DNA from: an uncultured virus (IMG/VR IMGVR_UViG_3300044616_001484)
Taxonomy: Duplodnaviria > Heunggongvirae > Uroviricota > Caudoviricetes
IMG/VR virus record: IMGVR_UViG_3300044616_001484
Length of the DNA: 64,000 bases
Direction: 5' to 3' (one strand)
Shown one piece after another: positions 34,207 to 43,951 of this stretch; the stretch's first letter is position 1, and each line of letters opens with the position of its first letter. The translations under genes and the position numbers were made by a program. Under the pieces are notes generated by a model that was given only the letters and a program-made list of their open reading frames with translations, was not told where the DNA came from and made no database searches.

Positions 34207-34869
34207 ATGTCCGACACACTTCCTGAGAATGAATTCTCAGGCGCATTGCGAATTGTAAAGCTTACCTCCGGAGAAGAATTAATTGGAATGGTAAGCGAAT
34301 ATGCGCCAGATAAAATAAACATAAAACTACCAGCTCTTTTAGAAAATTATTATACAAGAGGGCAAAAAAATGAAATGGTAGAATATGTAAAACTTACAAA
34401 TTATTTGTTAAATGTCAAAGGGTATGAAGTCAACCTTCCAAGATCTGTAATTGTTTATATTGGTATACCGGCCATAGAATTAGAAAAAATGTATGAAGTA
34501 TATTTTATGGCTATGCAGTCTGATTCAAAAACAATTATAAGTTCTGGGCCAGAAGATGAAATTGGTTCTGAAAATGGTTTGCAACTTTTGAATGATTTGT
34601 TCAATAATCCAGATTTTGTAAATTTTGTAAATGATCTTATTGACAATTTTGAAGGTGTAGAAATTTTAGATGATTCTGATGATGAAGAATGGGACGATGT
34701 AGTTGCAGAATCGCCTATAAGCCCTCCGGAGGAAAAGCCGTCCGAAGATGCTCCTAAGAAGAAGAAACGCAAGGCGATGAAGCCTGAAACGAATAAGCTA
34801 CCTTATAAACCGGAAGCCAACCCAAATACACCAGAGGGTTGGTCAGACAATCCCTTGGACTATATTTAA
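34207..34869 (+). CDS. Conserved T4-like hypothetical protein (Sm-like N-terminus, acidic tail)
   Basis: IVKLTSGEELIG motif; typical position downstream of uvsW. Confidence 0.7.
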   Translation: MSDTLPENEFSGALRIVKLTSGEELIGMVSEYAPDKINIKLPALLENYYTRGQKNEMVEYVKLTNYLLNVKGYEVNLPRSVIVYIGIPAIELEKMYEVYFMAMQSDSKTIISSGPEDEIGSENGLQLLNDLFNNPDFVNFVNDLIDNFEGVEILDDSDDEEWDDVVAESPISPPEEKPSEDAPKKKKRKAMKPETNKLPYKPEANPNTPEGWSDNPLDYI

Positions 34870-34871
34870 AC

Positions 34872-35408
34872 TTAATTTTTTAAATTTGATGGAACTGGGT
34901 CTTCTTGATCGCCAGCCCAAAGATCAAAATACGAATATTTAAATGTACAATTGGTTTTTTGAATTATTGCATCAGCACTATCTGCCTGAAATTGCATACC
35001 ATTTAATTTTACTGGAATAATATAATTAAATTTTGCTCTTAAAATTTCACAGTTTGTTGTAGGATCATATAAAAACAAATTTGCCTCATGGTGCCAAGAT
35101 TGATATAGAGCATTGTGTTCCGTATCATTTTTGATATTTGTAATATTGCGAATCCACGAATAAATGCTCATCCAGTTTGTCAAATCCGAATCAACTATAA
35201 ATTCAACATTTAAAGTTTCAAAATTTGCTACCATAGTTGGTACTGGAATTGTTGTACCAAGTGTTGTGGGTTGCGGTTGATCGGGAACAGAAATACCCGG
35301 AAGATTTGCTCTCTGACACATCAGTTCCATCTGTTTGGTCCCACGACCAAATACCAGACGAAAATAACTGTTATACATCGGGTTAGTGTTTGATGAACAT
35401 AAACTCAT
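34872..35408 (-). CDS. gp3: Tail tube terminator/completion protein
   Basis: CQRANLPGIS, L.VEFIVD.DL.NW..IY.W, F.Y; position after gp23. Confidence 0.8.
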   Translation of the reverse strand: MSLCSSNTNPMYNSYFRLVFGRGTKQMELMCQRANLPGISVPDQPQPTTLGTTIPVPTMVANFETLNVEFIVDSDLTNWMSIYSWIRNITNIKNDTEHNALYQSWHHEANLFLYDPTTNCEILRAKFNYIIPVKLNGMQFQADSADAIIQKTNCTFKYSYFDLWAGDQEDPVPSNLKN

Positions 35409-35413
35409 AGAAA

Positions 35414-35421
35414 TATTTATG
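35414..35421 (-). promoter_or_regulatory. Late promoter variant CATAAATA
   Basis: 5 nt upstream of gp3 ATG. Confidence 0.6.
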
Positions 35422-35429
35422 GTAAAACA

Positions 35430-35457
35430 AAAACCTCCCGAGTGATCGGGAGGTTTT
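35430..35457 (-). terminator. Rho-independent terminator after gp23
   Basis: AAAACCTCCCGA-TCAC-TCGGGAGGTTTT(T). Confidence 0.9.
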
Positions 35458-35480
35458 CGAAGTGTTAATTTAACCGTCTA

Positions 35481-36944
35481 TCAGATTGTGTTACCGTGGA
35501 GGTTTCTGATTGCTGTCAAACGGTAGTATTGGTTCAATCCTGCTGTGAGGTTTTGACCATCTGGGCGGTTGGCAGAATCCAGAACGAATGGATTAGCAAC
35601 TACACCATAGCGGGTCTTGAAGGCAATACGTGGTTGGAAAGTGTTTGGATCAACTGCACGTACCATTTGTAGCGGAACGTATGGGCAGTAGAACAATCCA
35701 GCATCGTATGGCGACTCACCCTTATAGCCTGCAACGAAGAAGTTAAATCCAACTGGGCTATATGGATCGATGTATACGCGGATCTTACCACTCAGAATAC
35801 CAGCAAATGTGCTTTGTGTGTCATCAACATTGAGTTGAGGAGCAATTGCTGGGCTGAGGCTCATGAATCCAGACATGGCGAGGGCGGCTGCGGTATCGCT
35901 ATCGCAGATTACAAAGTTGCCCTTACCACGGCGAGTTTCCTTGGCAATTTGGTTGCATTCACGTTCGATTTGGAAGCTGAGGCCACGGAAACGTTCAGCA
36001 GACCAACGACCGTCTGAGTCATCATCAAGATCATATACACCACCACCTGAGGCGGCTGCGGTGAGATCTGGTTGTTGAGAACCATTTCTTGCAACAAAGT
36101 AAATTGTCTTGACGATTTCACGGTTGATTTCGGCAAGAATTTCTGTGCTGAGTAGGTTTGCCAATTCAGCTTCAGCATCTAGACCGTGAACAGCCTTGAG
36201 GTCTTGAGCCAATTCAACTGTGTAGTTGCTGCTCAGTGCACGTGTACGAGCTTCTACAGCAACGCGGTCAATTGTGAACGACATTTGGTTCCAAGTGCCG
36301 TAATAAGCACTTCCGGGTGTCAGTAATCCACCGCTAAGTCCATTTGGATTGTTACCAATTCCTTCGCCATTAGCTGTAATGATACCTCTAAGTTGTCCAA
36401 GAATATTTGCGTTTGTTGGACGGATGCTGGCAGAGTTACCGTAATTCAAACCAAATCCAGCAGAAAGACCATTGTAGCCAGTTGGCAAGGTCCAACCAGA
36501 GCCACCGTAAGATGGTTGTGGCTCTTGGAACATAGCTTCGGCATAACCGACTTGTCCGTAAGTTCTTCCAGTACCAGCATATTGGTAATTGGAACGCATG
36601 GCAAAGATGAGGCCGGTTGGAGCAGTCATTGGCTGAACGCCGCAGATGTCATAAGCCATCAAGTTTGGCATGGAACGGCGAACCAACGAAATTAGTACTG
36701 GATCATAACCAGCTACTTGTGGGTTCAAACCGTTGTTGGTGAAAGAAGTTGGCATTCCGAGGTTGCCGGATGACATGTCTTCTGTGAGGTGTTGGCTACG
36801 AAGAGCTTGTTCTTGGTTCTCCAAAAGAACTGCAGTAACTTTCTTACGGTAGTCATCTTGGATAGAAGGAAGAGCATCGTGACCAAGCACTGGCTCCCAC
36901 TTCTCGGTTAATACGTCATATGGTGTGTTGTCTGCGAATTGCAT
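35481..36944 (-). CDS. gp23: Major capsid protein
   Basis: EKWEPVL, YDPVLISLVRR, GVQPMTAPTG, ELAQDLKAVHGLDAEAEL, FYCPYVPLQM, FKTRYG. Confidence 0.98.
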   Translation of the reverse strand: MQFADNTPYDVLTEKWEPVLGHDALPSIQDDYRKKVTAVLLENQEQALRSQHLTEDMSSGNLGMPTSFTNNGLNPQVAGYDPVLISLVRRSMPNLMAYDICGVQPMTAPTGLIFAMRSNYQYAGTGRTYGQVGYAEAMFQEPQPSYGGSGWTLPTGYNGLSAGFGLNYGNSASIRPTNANILGQLRGIITANGEGIGNNPNGLSGGLLTPGSAYYGTWNQMSFTIDRVAVEARTRALSSNYTVELAQDLKAVHGLDAEAELANLLSTEILAEINREIVKTIYFVARNGSQQPDLTAAASGGGVYDLDDDSDGRWSAERFRGLSFQIERECNQIAKETRRGKGNFVICDSDTAAALAMSGFMSLSPAIAPQLNVDDTQSTFAGILSGKIRVYIDPYSPVGFNFFVAGYKGESPYDAGLFYCPYVPLQMVRAVDPNTFQPRIAFKTRYGVVANPFVLDSANRPDGQNLTAGLNQYYRLTAIRNLHGNTI

Positions 36945-36971
36945 TTTTTAGTTATCTCCTGTGAGTAAAAT

Positions 36972-36979
36972 TATTTAGT
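36972..36979 (-). promoter_or_regulatory. Late promoter variant ACTAAATA
   Basis: Upstream of AGGAG SD of gp23. Confidence 0.65.
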
Positions 36980-36991
36980 AAAAATTGTTTT

Positions 36992-38038
36992 TTAGACTTT
37001 CTTGTTTAGTCTACCCAAGGCACCAACGTAACCTTCTACTAAGGTTGTTGGATTACCCTTTACTGTTGAAAAAGTTTGTTCTGGATCTGGTGTGCGTGTT
37101 GGAACAGAAACTCTTGCTGTATCAATATAGTTTTCTTTGATTACAACTAGCTTATTTCGGTACTCTTCTGTGTCAGCAAAAGAAACGTTTTCCATCAAAT
37201 TTTGAAGTTTAGAAATTTGTGTATCGGCCAAATTTTTAGTTTCGGCTACAAAAATTCCAGCACATTCTGTCAACTCAATTTGCTTGCGAAGAGCAATATT
37301 GGTGTTGAAAGATTCGTTTAGCTTCTCTTCAAGTTGACGGTTTTGTGCATAGAGCTCATCAAGAACATTATACTTCTCGTTTGGAACATCAATGTAGTGG
37401 TTCTCAAAGAGATTCTTTAGGCCGGTGATGAAGTTTTCTGCAATTTGTGTTTTGATGCCTTGTTCAACAGAAACGGCGTTTTCTGTCATCCACTCTTCAA
37501 CAACATAGTCCAGATAATCATCAACCTTCTCAACGAGAGATTCTGTGACGTTATCAAGATATGTCTTTACGTTACCATCGACATCTTCAACGATTGCGGC
37601 GACTGTGCGCTCAACTCGATCTGTGACTGCAGCTTCAAAAATTCCTTCAAGCTTTGCAACCAAATCTTCGGATGCATTATCCTCACCCAATAGTGAAATC
37701 AGAGCTGAACGGAATTGAGCACGTGTTTGCTCTTCGACTTCCTCAACGTCTGAATCTGGCTCAGGTGTCGATTCTTCCATTTCCTCTTCGGCTTCTTCAT
37801 TCTCTGTTTCTTCTTGTGATTGTTGTGGTGCAGAAGAACGCATAGCATGCATTGCCATGCTGCTAGGAACAACAGGTACTTGTTGTGGTGTTGTTACAGG
37901 AACGGCTGAAATTACTGGTGATGGGGTCATCGAACCTCGTCCACTAAGATCGAAGTCTGGCTTTCCATCAGAAATAGCGCCAAGACCCATGGCCTCGGCA
38001 GCAGCTTCAGAGATTGTATATTTTTTGTTGTTTTTCAT
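36992..38038 (-). CDS. gp22: Prohead scaffold
   Basis: IFEAAV, KVDDYLDYVVEEWM.EN, GLKNLFENHYIDVP; ATG 38038 after AAGGA. Confidence 0.93.
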   Translation of the reverse strand: MKNNKKYTISEAAAEAMGLGAISDGKPDFDLSGRGSMTPSPVISAVPVTTPQQVPVVPSSMAMHAMRSSAPQQSQEETENEEAEEEMEESTPEPDSDVEEVEEQTRAQFRSALISLLGEDNASEDLVAKLEGIFEAAVTDRVERTVAAIVEDVDGNVKTYLDNVTESLVEKVDDYLDYVVEEWMTENAVSVEQGIKTQIAENFITGLKNLFENHYIDVPNEKYNVLDELYAQNRQLEEKLNESFNTNIALRKQIELTECAGIFVAETKNLADTQISKLQNLMENVSFADTEEYRNKLVVIKENYIDTARVSVPTRTPDPEQTFSTVKGNPTTLVEGYVGALGRLNKKV

Positions 38039-38065
38039 ATTCAAAGGATCCTTAATTTGTAAAAT

Positions 38066-38073
38066 TATTTATA
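38066..38073 (-). promoter_or_regulatory. T4-type late promoter TATAAATA
   Basis: Exact consensus upstream of gp22. Confidence 0.75.
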
Positions 38074-38085
38074 TTAAATTGTTTC

Positions 38086-38787
38086 TCAAGGAATTAAACC
38101 TTGTTGTTTTGCTTTAGTTCTAACTTCTATAGCTTTCATTTGTTTGGACAAACGTTCTGTTTCGGCATCGTAGTCAGCTTGTTGTTTTTCTTGTGGGCTT
38201 ATAATTTTGCTTGGTTTCTTTTCTGGAATTACAAATTTTGTCCACGGAGAACCTGCACCCTGAGCGGCAAGTTCCATTTGGCTTTGGCCAATTTTTCCTA
38301 GTTGTGCCTCAATCCAAGTTTTGCCAGAAATTTCTTCAGCTTGTTTGCCTAGACTGGAAAGTGCCTTAGCCCCATATTTTCCAAGGGGGCCAGCTTTTCC
38401 AACAATAGAGCTTGCCGCTTTTCCTAAAACTCCCCCGGCCAAAGCACCAATCCCCGCTGCAGTTCCTGCGCCGACTAACTTTAGAAGAGGATTTGAGTCT
38501 TCAACTTCTTCGTCGTCGCTGCTTTCTTCTCTGGCATCACCCATCATTATCTCACCAAAACCGGGTTGCGATTCTGTTTTTTTCTTTCTGGATTTGCCTG
38601 AACCAAATCCACCTTCTGGTGTTTCATTTGGGGCTTTTGGATTTTTATTTTCAGGTTGCTCTAAAATATAGAGCTGTTCATAGGAATTTTTGTTCTTAAA
38701 AACTGAATCTTGGGGATTTCTTTCAATCTTGTTTTCTATCATCAAAACAAGATAATTTTTGGTATCAGATGGAAATTTGTATGTCAT
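38086..38787 (-). CDS. Hypothetical protein with glycine-zipper segment, between gp21 and gp22
   Basis: ATGA overlap with gp21; LVGAGTAAGIGALAGGVLG. Confidence 0.7.
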   Translation of the reverse strand: MTYKFPSDTKNYLVLMIENKIERNPQDSVFKNKNSYEQLYILEQPENKNPKAPNETPEGGFGSGKSRKKKTESQPGFGEIMMGDAREESSDDEEVEDSNPLLKLVGAGTAAGIGALAGGVLGKAASSIVGKAGPLGKYGAKALSSLGKQAEEISGKTWIEAQLGKIGQSQMELAAQGAGSPWTKFVIPEKKPSKIISPQEKQQADYDAETERLSKQMKAIEVRTKAKQQGLIP

Positions 38788-39431
38788 GAAAGTTTATTGA
38801 AGAATTCTTCGAATACCTTTACGATGTTCTTATTAAGATCTCTTTTTGAGGAAGATTTGATAAGCTTAACGGCTGAATCTTTTTGTCTTTCTGTCCAAAT
38901 TCCATTTTCAAAAATCCATTCTCTACCTTCCATGATGCCGTTTACGAAAGCATTGGGGGCTGAAGGATCTGCAACAATATCGATTGCAGCAAGCATAAAG
39001 TCTTCTTGGACTTCTTGGAATCCATTACGGGACTTGAGCGAACCCATACCTCTTGTGGAAACTCCAAGCTGAGCGCCCTCGTCAATTAAATTCTTAACAA
39101 TACGGCCCATTGGGGTATCCAATACCTTGGCTTTTCCGTATATGTTATTGCCATCTTCGTGAAGATCCTTAACAATGTGAGAAACACGGTCAAGGTTTAC
39201 AGTTGGTCCTGTTGGATGGTTTAGTTCACCAAGAGCACGGCCCTTATTTACGTATTCATTGATATAACGGCCAGTTTCTTTAGCCAAAATGTTCTTTGGA
39301 TAAATTCTTCCGTTGCGGTTTTTTTGTTCGGCTTGCATGAAAATGCCTTCGATGAAATAATGTTTTTCACCGTTGCCGACATTCTCTTTGATATACTTGA
39401 TATCTTCAGTTAGTTCTGTTATTAGTTTCAT
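38784..39431 (-). CDS. gp21: Prohead protease
   Basis: MKLITE, KNRNGRIYP, ALGELNHP, GVSTRGMGS, DIVADPSAP. Confidence 0.97.
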   Translation of the reverse strand: MKLITELTEDIKYIKENVGNGEKHYFIEGIFMQAEQKNRNGRIYPKNILAKETGRYINEYVNKGRALGELNHPTGPTVNLDRVSHIVKDLHEDGNNIYGKAKVLDTPMGRIVKNLIDEGAQLGVSTRGMGSLKSRNGFQEVQEDFMLAAIDIVADPSAPNAFVNGIMEGREWIFENGIWTERQKDSAVKLIKSSSKRDLNKNIVKVFEEFFNKLS

Positions 39432-39585
39432 TGGTTGGTCTCATTAGGTTTTGAGCGACTGTCTTGTATTGCTCTTGCAACTTGCTGGCAACCTTTGTGT
39501 AAAGCGTTTGAGAAGCGGTTTCCTTAAAAGAAACTGCATTCTCTTCAATAGCACTTTTAATCAATTCGCGAATGTTGTTTTTCAT
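39406..39585 (-). CDS. Small prohead core protein, gp67/gp68-like, 59 aa (not in ORF track)
   Basis: MKNNIRELIKSAIEENAVSFKETASQTLYTKVASKLQEQYKTVAQNL...; ATGA coupling; position between gp20 and gp21. Confidence 0.65.
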   Translation of the reverse strand: MKNNIRELIKSAIEENAVSFKETASQTLYTKVASKLQEQYKTVAQNLMRPTNETNNRTN

Positions 39586-39995
39586 AGTATTCCTTTTGCT
39601 GATTTTGAAAATTCAATGTGTTGTTTGAAACTTGTTGAATTTTTAAAAATATCTTTGGCCATTTTCAATCTATTATTGGGATTTAATTGCTCAAACAATT
39701 TTTTAATGTTTTTAACATCAGATTCACTAATATTTATAACAGTATCGTCTTCAAATTTATATTTTCCGGGTTTAAAGTGTTCCATAAATGTTACTAAAAC
39801 GGGTATTCCACTTCGGTATGGAGTAATTTTTTCTGAAAACAACAATTTTTCTTTCAAAGAAACTGAAGCTTCGTTTATTGCAGCATTAAGTTTTAAAGAT
39901 AAAGAATGAATAACATTATCTTTAAAGTAATCTTCGTCTTCACGAATCATACCATTTATACCGTTTTTAAGTAAAATTTTGGTAACGTTTTCCAT
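39582..39995 (-). CDS. Putative prohead core protein
   Basis: GGAG SD; between portal and protease genes. Confidence 0.55.
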   Translation of the reverse strand: MENVTKILLKNGINGMIREDEDYFKDNVIHSLSLKLNAAINEASVSLKEKLLFSEKITPYRSGIPVLVTFMEHFKPGKYKFEDDTVINISESDVKNIKKLFEQLNPNNRLKMAKDIFKNSTSFKQHIEFSKSAKGIL

Positions 39996-40006
39996 TATTA
40001 CTCCGC

Positions 40007-41560
40007 TTATTCTTGAGGTCCCATTTGAGCCTGTTGTTGTGCCATCAAAGCCATTTGTTCGGCTTGCATTCTTTCTCTGTCTACTTCCATCTCTTTATCA
40101 ATAGTCCGTACATCTTCGTCTGTTTGACGAAGAATATTTTTTCTGATAAATGCACTGGAAAAATATTTTCCAACATAAGGATCTACAATAGAAATCATCT
40201 TTAATCTTTCAGCTAAAATTTCTGCTTCTTTAAGATCCCAGAAATAATTATCTGTATTGTATATAAAATTTATGTCAACTTTTAATTGTTGCCAATCTTC
40301 CTCGGTCATTACACCCTTAAGGAGCAATTGAACACGGAGGATATCCATGAATAACTTTGAGAAGTGATGTCTTAAACGTTCAATAAACTTATAAAATTTT
40401 ACTTCTTCTCTGGTTATTTCAACAGATCTTCCCATATTAAAACCTGTCGATTCAGCTGTCAGGCGACTTATTGGAACGTTTAAAGAATTATAAAGCTTTT
40501 TCTTGAAGTAATCAACGTCTTCAATTTGTGACATGGCTTGACCACTTGGAAGAGTTGTAATTTCTGTTCCACGTGAACCTTCTCTTCTTGGCAACCAATA
40601 ATCTTCCAAAACTGAAAGATGGTTTCTTTCATCGCGCACTTCACCTGTTGATTGGTTATAGATGAGTTTGTTTCTAAATCTACTCATCATATCACGCATA
40701 TACTGTTCCGCCTTTTGCTTTGGAAGCTGTCCTACGTCAACGTAGAACACTCTGCGTTCAGGAGCGCGTGCAATACGGTAAACTAGAAGAGAATCTTCTA
40801 GTTGTCGAAGCATGTTTAATGGTCTGATTGCTTTGTGCAAATAACCCAAAACACGTTTTGTATTAAGATCAATAATTCCAGATGGAACATAAACAACGCT
40901 ATCTGTAGATAGTTTAAGTCCACCCGGCCCGGTCATAATAAAAGTTTCTTTATCGTTATTTGTGTAAAGATAATATTCTTCAATATCATTAATCAATGAA
41001 ATTGACTGGCCGTTAAGCTGTTCAGTTTCTTTTTTGATTTTTCTTACTTTTTTGATCTTCATTGGATCAATAGGAACCAATTCCTTGATTCCTTCTGTTG
41101 GAAGATCCTTATCAATAACAATATTGTAGTAAACTTTTGAATCGATGTACCATCTTCTAAAAACTTCATATGATTTGTTGTTGAAGTCTAAAAGATTAAT
41201 TACTCTCTCAAATTCTCGGTAAATTTTATTTTTAATTACATCAGATACAGGTAAATTTGAAAGATCAAGCTTTACTGGTTTTCTGTCTGTTCCCGGAACA
41301 ATTGAAGCGTTGATGATTTCATCAATAGCATTATCAACTTCTGGATATATCGACATGTTTCTGTATTGAATTACTGATGCATTTTCATCTCGCATTGAAG
41401 ATGCATAATCCAACGCAGTGCCAAAAAATCCTCCGGCTTCTACTGTTACTGTGCCATCATAAACTTCAGGCGCAGTAAAAGATTGCAGGTTTTTTTCTAG
41501 CTTTTCCTGCTTGGTGGTTCTTTTTTTACCAAATTCAAATCCGAAGGCTTCTATTTCCAT
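40007..41560 (-). CDS. gp20: Portal protein
   Basis: FRRWYID, GYLHKAIRP.N.LR..ED, YRIARAPERRVFYVDVG, LEDYWLPRREG. Confidence 0.98.
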   Translation of the reverse strand: MEIEAFGFEFGKKRTTKQEKLEKNLQSFTAPEVYDGTVTVEAGGFFGTALDYASSMRDENASVIQYRNMSIYPEVDNAIDEIINASIVPGTDRKPVKLDLSNLPVSDVIKNKIYREFERVINLLDFNNKSYEVFRRWYIDSKVYYNIVIDKDLPTEGIKELVPIDPMKIKKVRKIKKETEQLNGQSISLINDIEEYYLYTNNDKETFIMTGPGGLKLSTDSVVYVPSGIIDLNTKRVLGYLHKAIRPLNMLRQLEDSLLVYRIARAPERRVFYVDVGQLPKQKAEQYMRDMMSRFRNKLIYNQSTGEVRDERNHLSVLEDYWLPRREGSRGTEITTLPSGQAMSQIEDVDYFKKKLYNSLNVPISRLTAESTGFNMGRSVEITREEVKFYKFIERLRHHFSKLFMDILRVQLLLKGVMTEEDWQQLKVDINFIYNTDNYFWDLKEAEILAERLKMISIVDPYVGKYFSSAFIRKNILRQTDEDVRTIDKEMEVDRERMQAEQMALMAQQQAQMGPQE

Positions 41561-41568
41561 TTATTTCC

Positions 41569-42105
41569 TCACGTGTTTCTTGATGTAATATTTTTGATTT
41601 CAATGTAATCGTAAACAATAATTACATTGAATGAATTCAGTGTATTGGGCTGCAACATATTTAGTGACAATTGAGAAACAGATGCTGGCCAGCAACCTTG
41701 CAAAACAAATTCTTTTAAAGGATTAGCTTCATCACCATTCATGTTTAAATGTTTAATTTTCCAGTTATATGCTTTATAATCCCTACCATCACTAATATCA
41801 AAAGATTGATTTGTTTCGTGATTGTTTATATCATTATGCCAATTTTGAAACATGTGCCATAAATTGTTTTGCTGTCCTGTATCATCAAGGACAGTAAAAG
41901 CCCAGTTTCCATAATCTCTTTCGCCCGGATAATGGTATTTTCTTCCAAAATAATCATACGTAAGAGTTTTTGTGGTTAACTGAGGTATGATCGTAGATCT
42001 TACGTGAAATCTTGTAAATCTACCGCCTGTTGGCACAGTTCCCTCTATTAAAAATCTATTTCCACGGGTTCCACCTAAGAAATTTGTTTTAAATTCATTT
42101 AACAT
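41569..42105 (-). CDS. gp19: Tail tube protein paralog 2
   Basis: GGTRGNRF, FGRK..PGERDY..W..TV.DD, GCWP. Confidence 0.85.
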   Translation of the reverse strand: MLNEFKTNFLGGTRGNRFLIEGTVPTGGRFTRFHVRSTIIPQLTTKTLTYDYFGRKYHYPGERDYGNWAFTVLDDTGQQNNLWHMFQNWHNDINNHETNQSFDISDGRDYKAYNWKIKHLNMNGDEANPLKEFVLQGCWPASVSQLSLNMLQPNTLNSFNVIIVYDYIEIKNITSRNT

Positions 42106-42636
42106 TTAGACTCCCCATATCTTTATGTTGTCAAATGTTAGTGTTACGCTAAAAGCAACAAAGTTGCTTTCTCCCATGTTTAGATTAATTTCTCCGACAA
42201 CGCTTGGCCAGCATTTATAAAGACTGATTCTTCTAATTGGATCATCACCGTTTACATCAAGATGTTGAATTTCCCATGTGGTCTGATACCGACTATATGA
42301 AAAGTCATTTCCCGTAACTTTGTGAGTAAAGTTACCATCCATCAATTCTTTCCATTTTTGAAAAGCCGACCACAAATTTTGCGTATTACCATCATCGTAT
42401 ATTCCAACAACCCACGGACTGTATTGGCGGTCTCCCGCAAAGTTAACAAGTCTCCCTCTATATGGAACACTTATTGAATTGATTTGAACAACAGGCAAAG
42501 AAGCGGAAATAATTTTAAATGTAGCATCATTTATGTTTACGCTGACACCTTGAGGCCAAATAGGTCTAACACGGAATCTGTTTGACCTTGTACCTCCGTT
42601 AAAATTATCTTTGAAAACGCTTATTGAGTTATTCAT
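42106..42636 (-). CDS. gp19: Tail tube protein paralog 1
   Basis: GGTRSNRF, VPYRGR....GDRQY.PW, CWPS.VGEI.L, FSVTL.FD. Confidence 0.9.
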   Translation of the reverse strand: MNNSISVFKDNFNGGTRSNRFRVRPIWPQGVSVNINDATFKIISASLPVVQINSISVPYRGRLVNFAGDRQYSPWVVGIYDDGNTQNLWSAFQKWKELMDGNFTHKVTGNDFSYSRYQTTWEIQHLDVNGDDPIRRISLYKCWPSVVGEINLNMGESNFVAFSVTLTFDNIKIWGV

Positions 42637-43919
42637 TATTGTGTGTAGGTAACGCTAATTACGAAACTATCTGTTGTAAGTATTGGTTTAACTACAACTT
42701 CAACATTTAGTGTTGAAGAATTATCTTGGTTGTTTACGTTGTCACATATAATTTGTGTTTGTGTTGTATCAATAAATGGAGCATATGGATCAAGTGCTGT
42801 CTGTATCTCAGAAATTACTTGATTACGTGTAGTCTGATTATTGATATCAAAGACGTATTTCAATGCAATCGTGTTAACATCTTTTGTAAGGTTTACACGC
42901 ATTCTGGCTGGACCAACTCTGTCATTAACTCCAATTGCACTATTTGCTGTGGCACCAACCAAATCTGCCCCCAAGAACTTAGGATTGTAATTTACGAAGA
43001 AGTTGGCTCTATTTGTGCGAAGGGTATTTTTTAAAGACCCAGCCCAGTCAATTGGATTTACGATATTTCCATTTATTACAGTTGCTCTGTCTAAACCAGC
43101 AACAGTCAAATAACTTTCATTTCTGTTTTTTGCTCTTGCAAAGAATCCAGCTACATCATTTGTAGCTTCGATGGTGTAAGTTATTTTTGTATTTTCTTGA
43201 ACTGAGCTAGTATCCAAATTTGTAAGAGTCTTAATTCCACATACATTGAATACTCTTCCAGCTACAGTTACACCCCTAGTATAAGCAGAACTTCCAAACA
43301 AAGTTGTAAAATTTGTTAGAGTATATCCACTACCAGTTATACCATCTGCTCCGGGAATAGTTGGATAAATTCCCATTGTGTACGGTTGATCTATAAACCA
43401 AGAAGCTACATCAGAATTAAAAAATGGGTCAACCATCAAATCAAAATAATTTCCACTATCTTCTGTGTAATCAGAGAATCCTAGTTGACTTCCTGCAATA
43501 ACAAGAGTTCCACCGTATGCAAGATAATTTATTGCATGCAAAAATTGAGTTCCTGCTGCTTTGGGTGAAAGTTGAGTATCAATTACATTAAAAAATCCAA
43601 ATGTTCCACCAGCAGCTGTGGCAGAAACTAAACATGCGGTAATACCATCTAGTTTGTTTAAATCACCGACTAAATCATAAGGATTTGTGTATACAATGTA
43701 TTTGTCTGTTGTTGCGCCCTTGGGAGTTGTATATCTTGTGGATCTTGAATATACTAACCATCCAAACAATCCACCCGGATCATTGTTTGCTGCACCGTTT
43801 GTTCCAGTAAAGGAGGGGGCGACGTAACCCGTACCCAATTTCATGGCTGTTAAAAAAGGAAAATTTAAATTTTCTTTTGTATATTGACTTGAGTTTACGA
43901 AAGAGCTGAGTGATGGCAT
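42636..43919 (-). CDS. gp18: Tail sheath protein, short and divergent (427 aa)
   Basis: A.NYLAYGG.L, DVAG..AR, AGLDR, F..N.Q.TR, ICDN.NN, VKP; between gp17 and gp19. Confidence 0.8.
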   Translation of the reverse strand: MPSLSSFVNSSQYTKENLNFPFLTAMKLGTGYVAPSFTGTNGAANNDPGGLFGWLVYSRSTRYTTPKGATTDKYIVYTNPYDLVGDLNKLDGITACLVSATAAGGTFGFFNVIDTQLSPKAAGTQFLHAINYLAYGGTLVIAGSQLGFSDYTEDSGNYFDLMVDPFFNSDVASWFIDQPYTMGIYPTIPGADGITGSGYTLTNFTTLFGSSAYTRGVTVAGRVFNVCGIKTLTNLDTSSVQENTKITYTIEATNDVAGFFARAKNRNESYLTVAGLDRATVINGNIVNPIDWAGSLKNTLRTNRANFFVNYNPKFLGADLVGATANSAIGVNDRVGPARMRVNLTKDVNTIALKYVFDINNQTTRNQVISEIQTALDPYAPFIDTTQTQIICDNVNNQDNSSTLNVEVVVKPILTTDSFVISVTYTQ

Positions 43920-43940
43920 TTTGTCCCTTTTTATATCAAA

Positions 43941-43948
43941 TATTTATA
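43941..43948 (-). promoter_or_regulatory. T4-type late promoter TATAAATA
   Basis: Exact consensus upstream of gp18. Confidence 0.75.
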
Positions 43949-43951
43949 ATT

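Noticed and set aside
39451..39909. 152-aa plus-strand ORF
   Set aside because: Antisense to coupled head genes; the minus-strand ORFs explain the region
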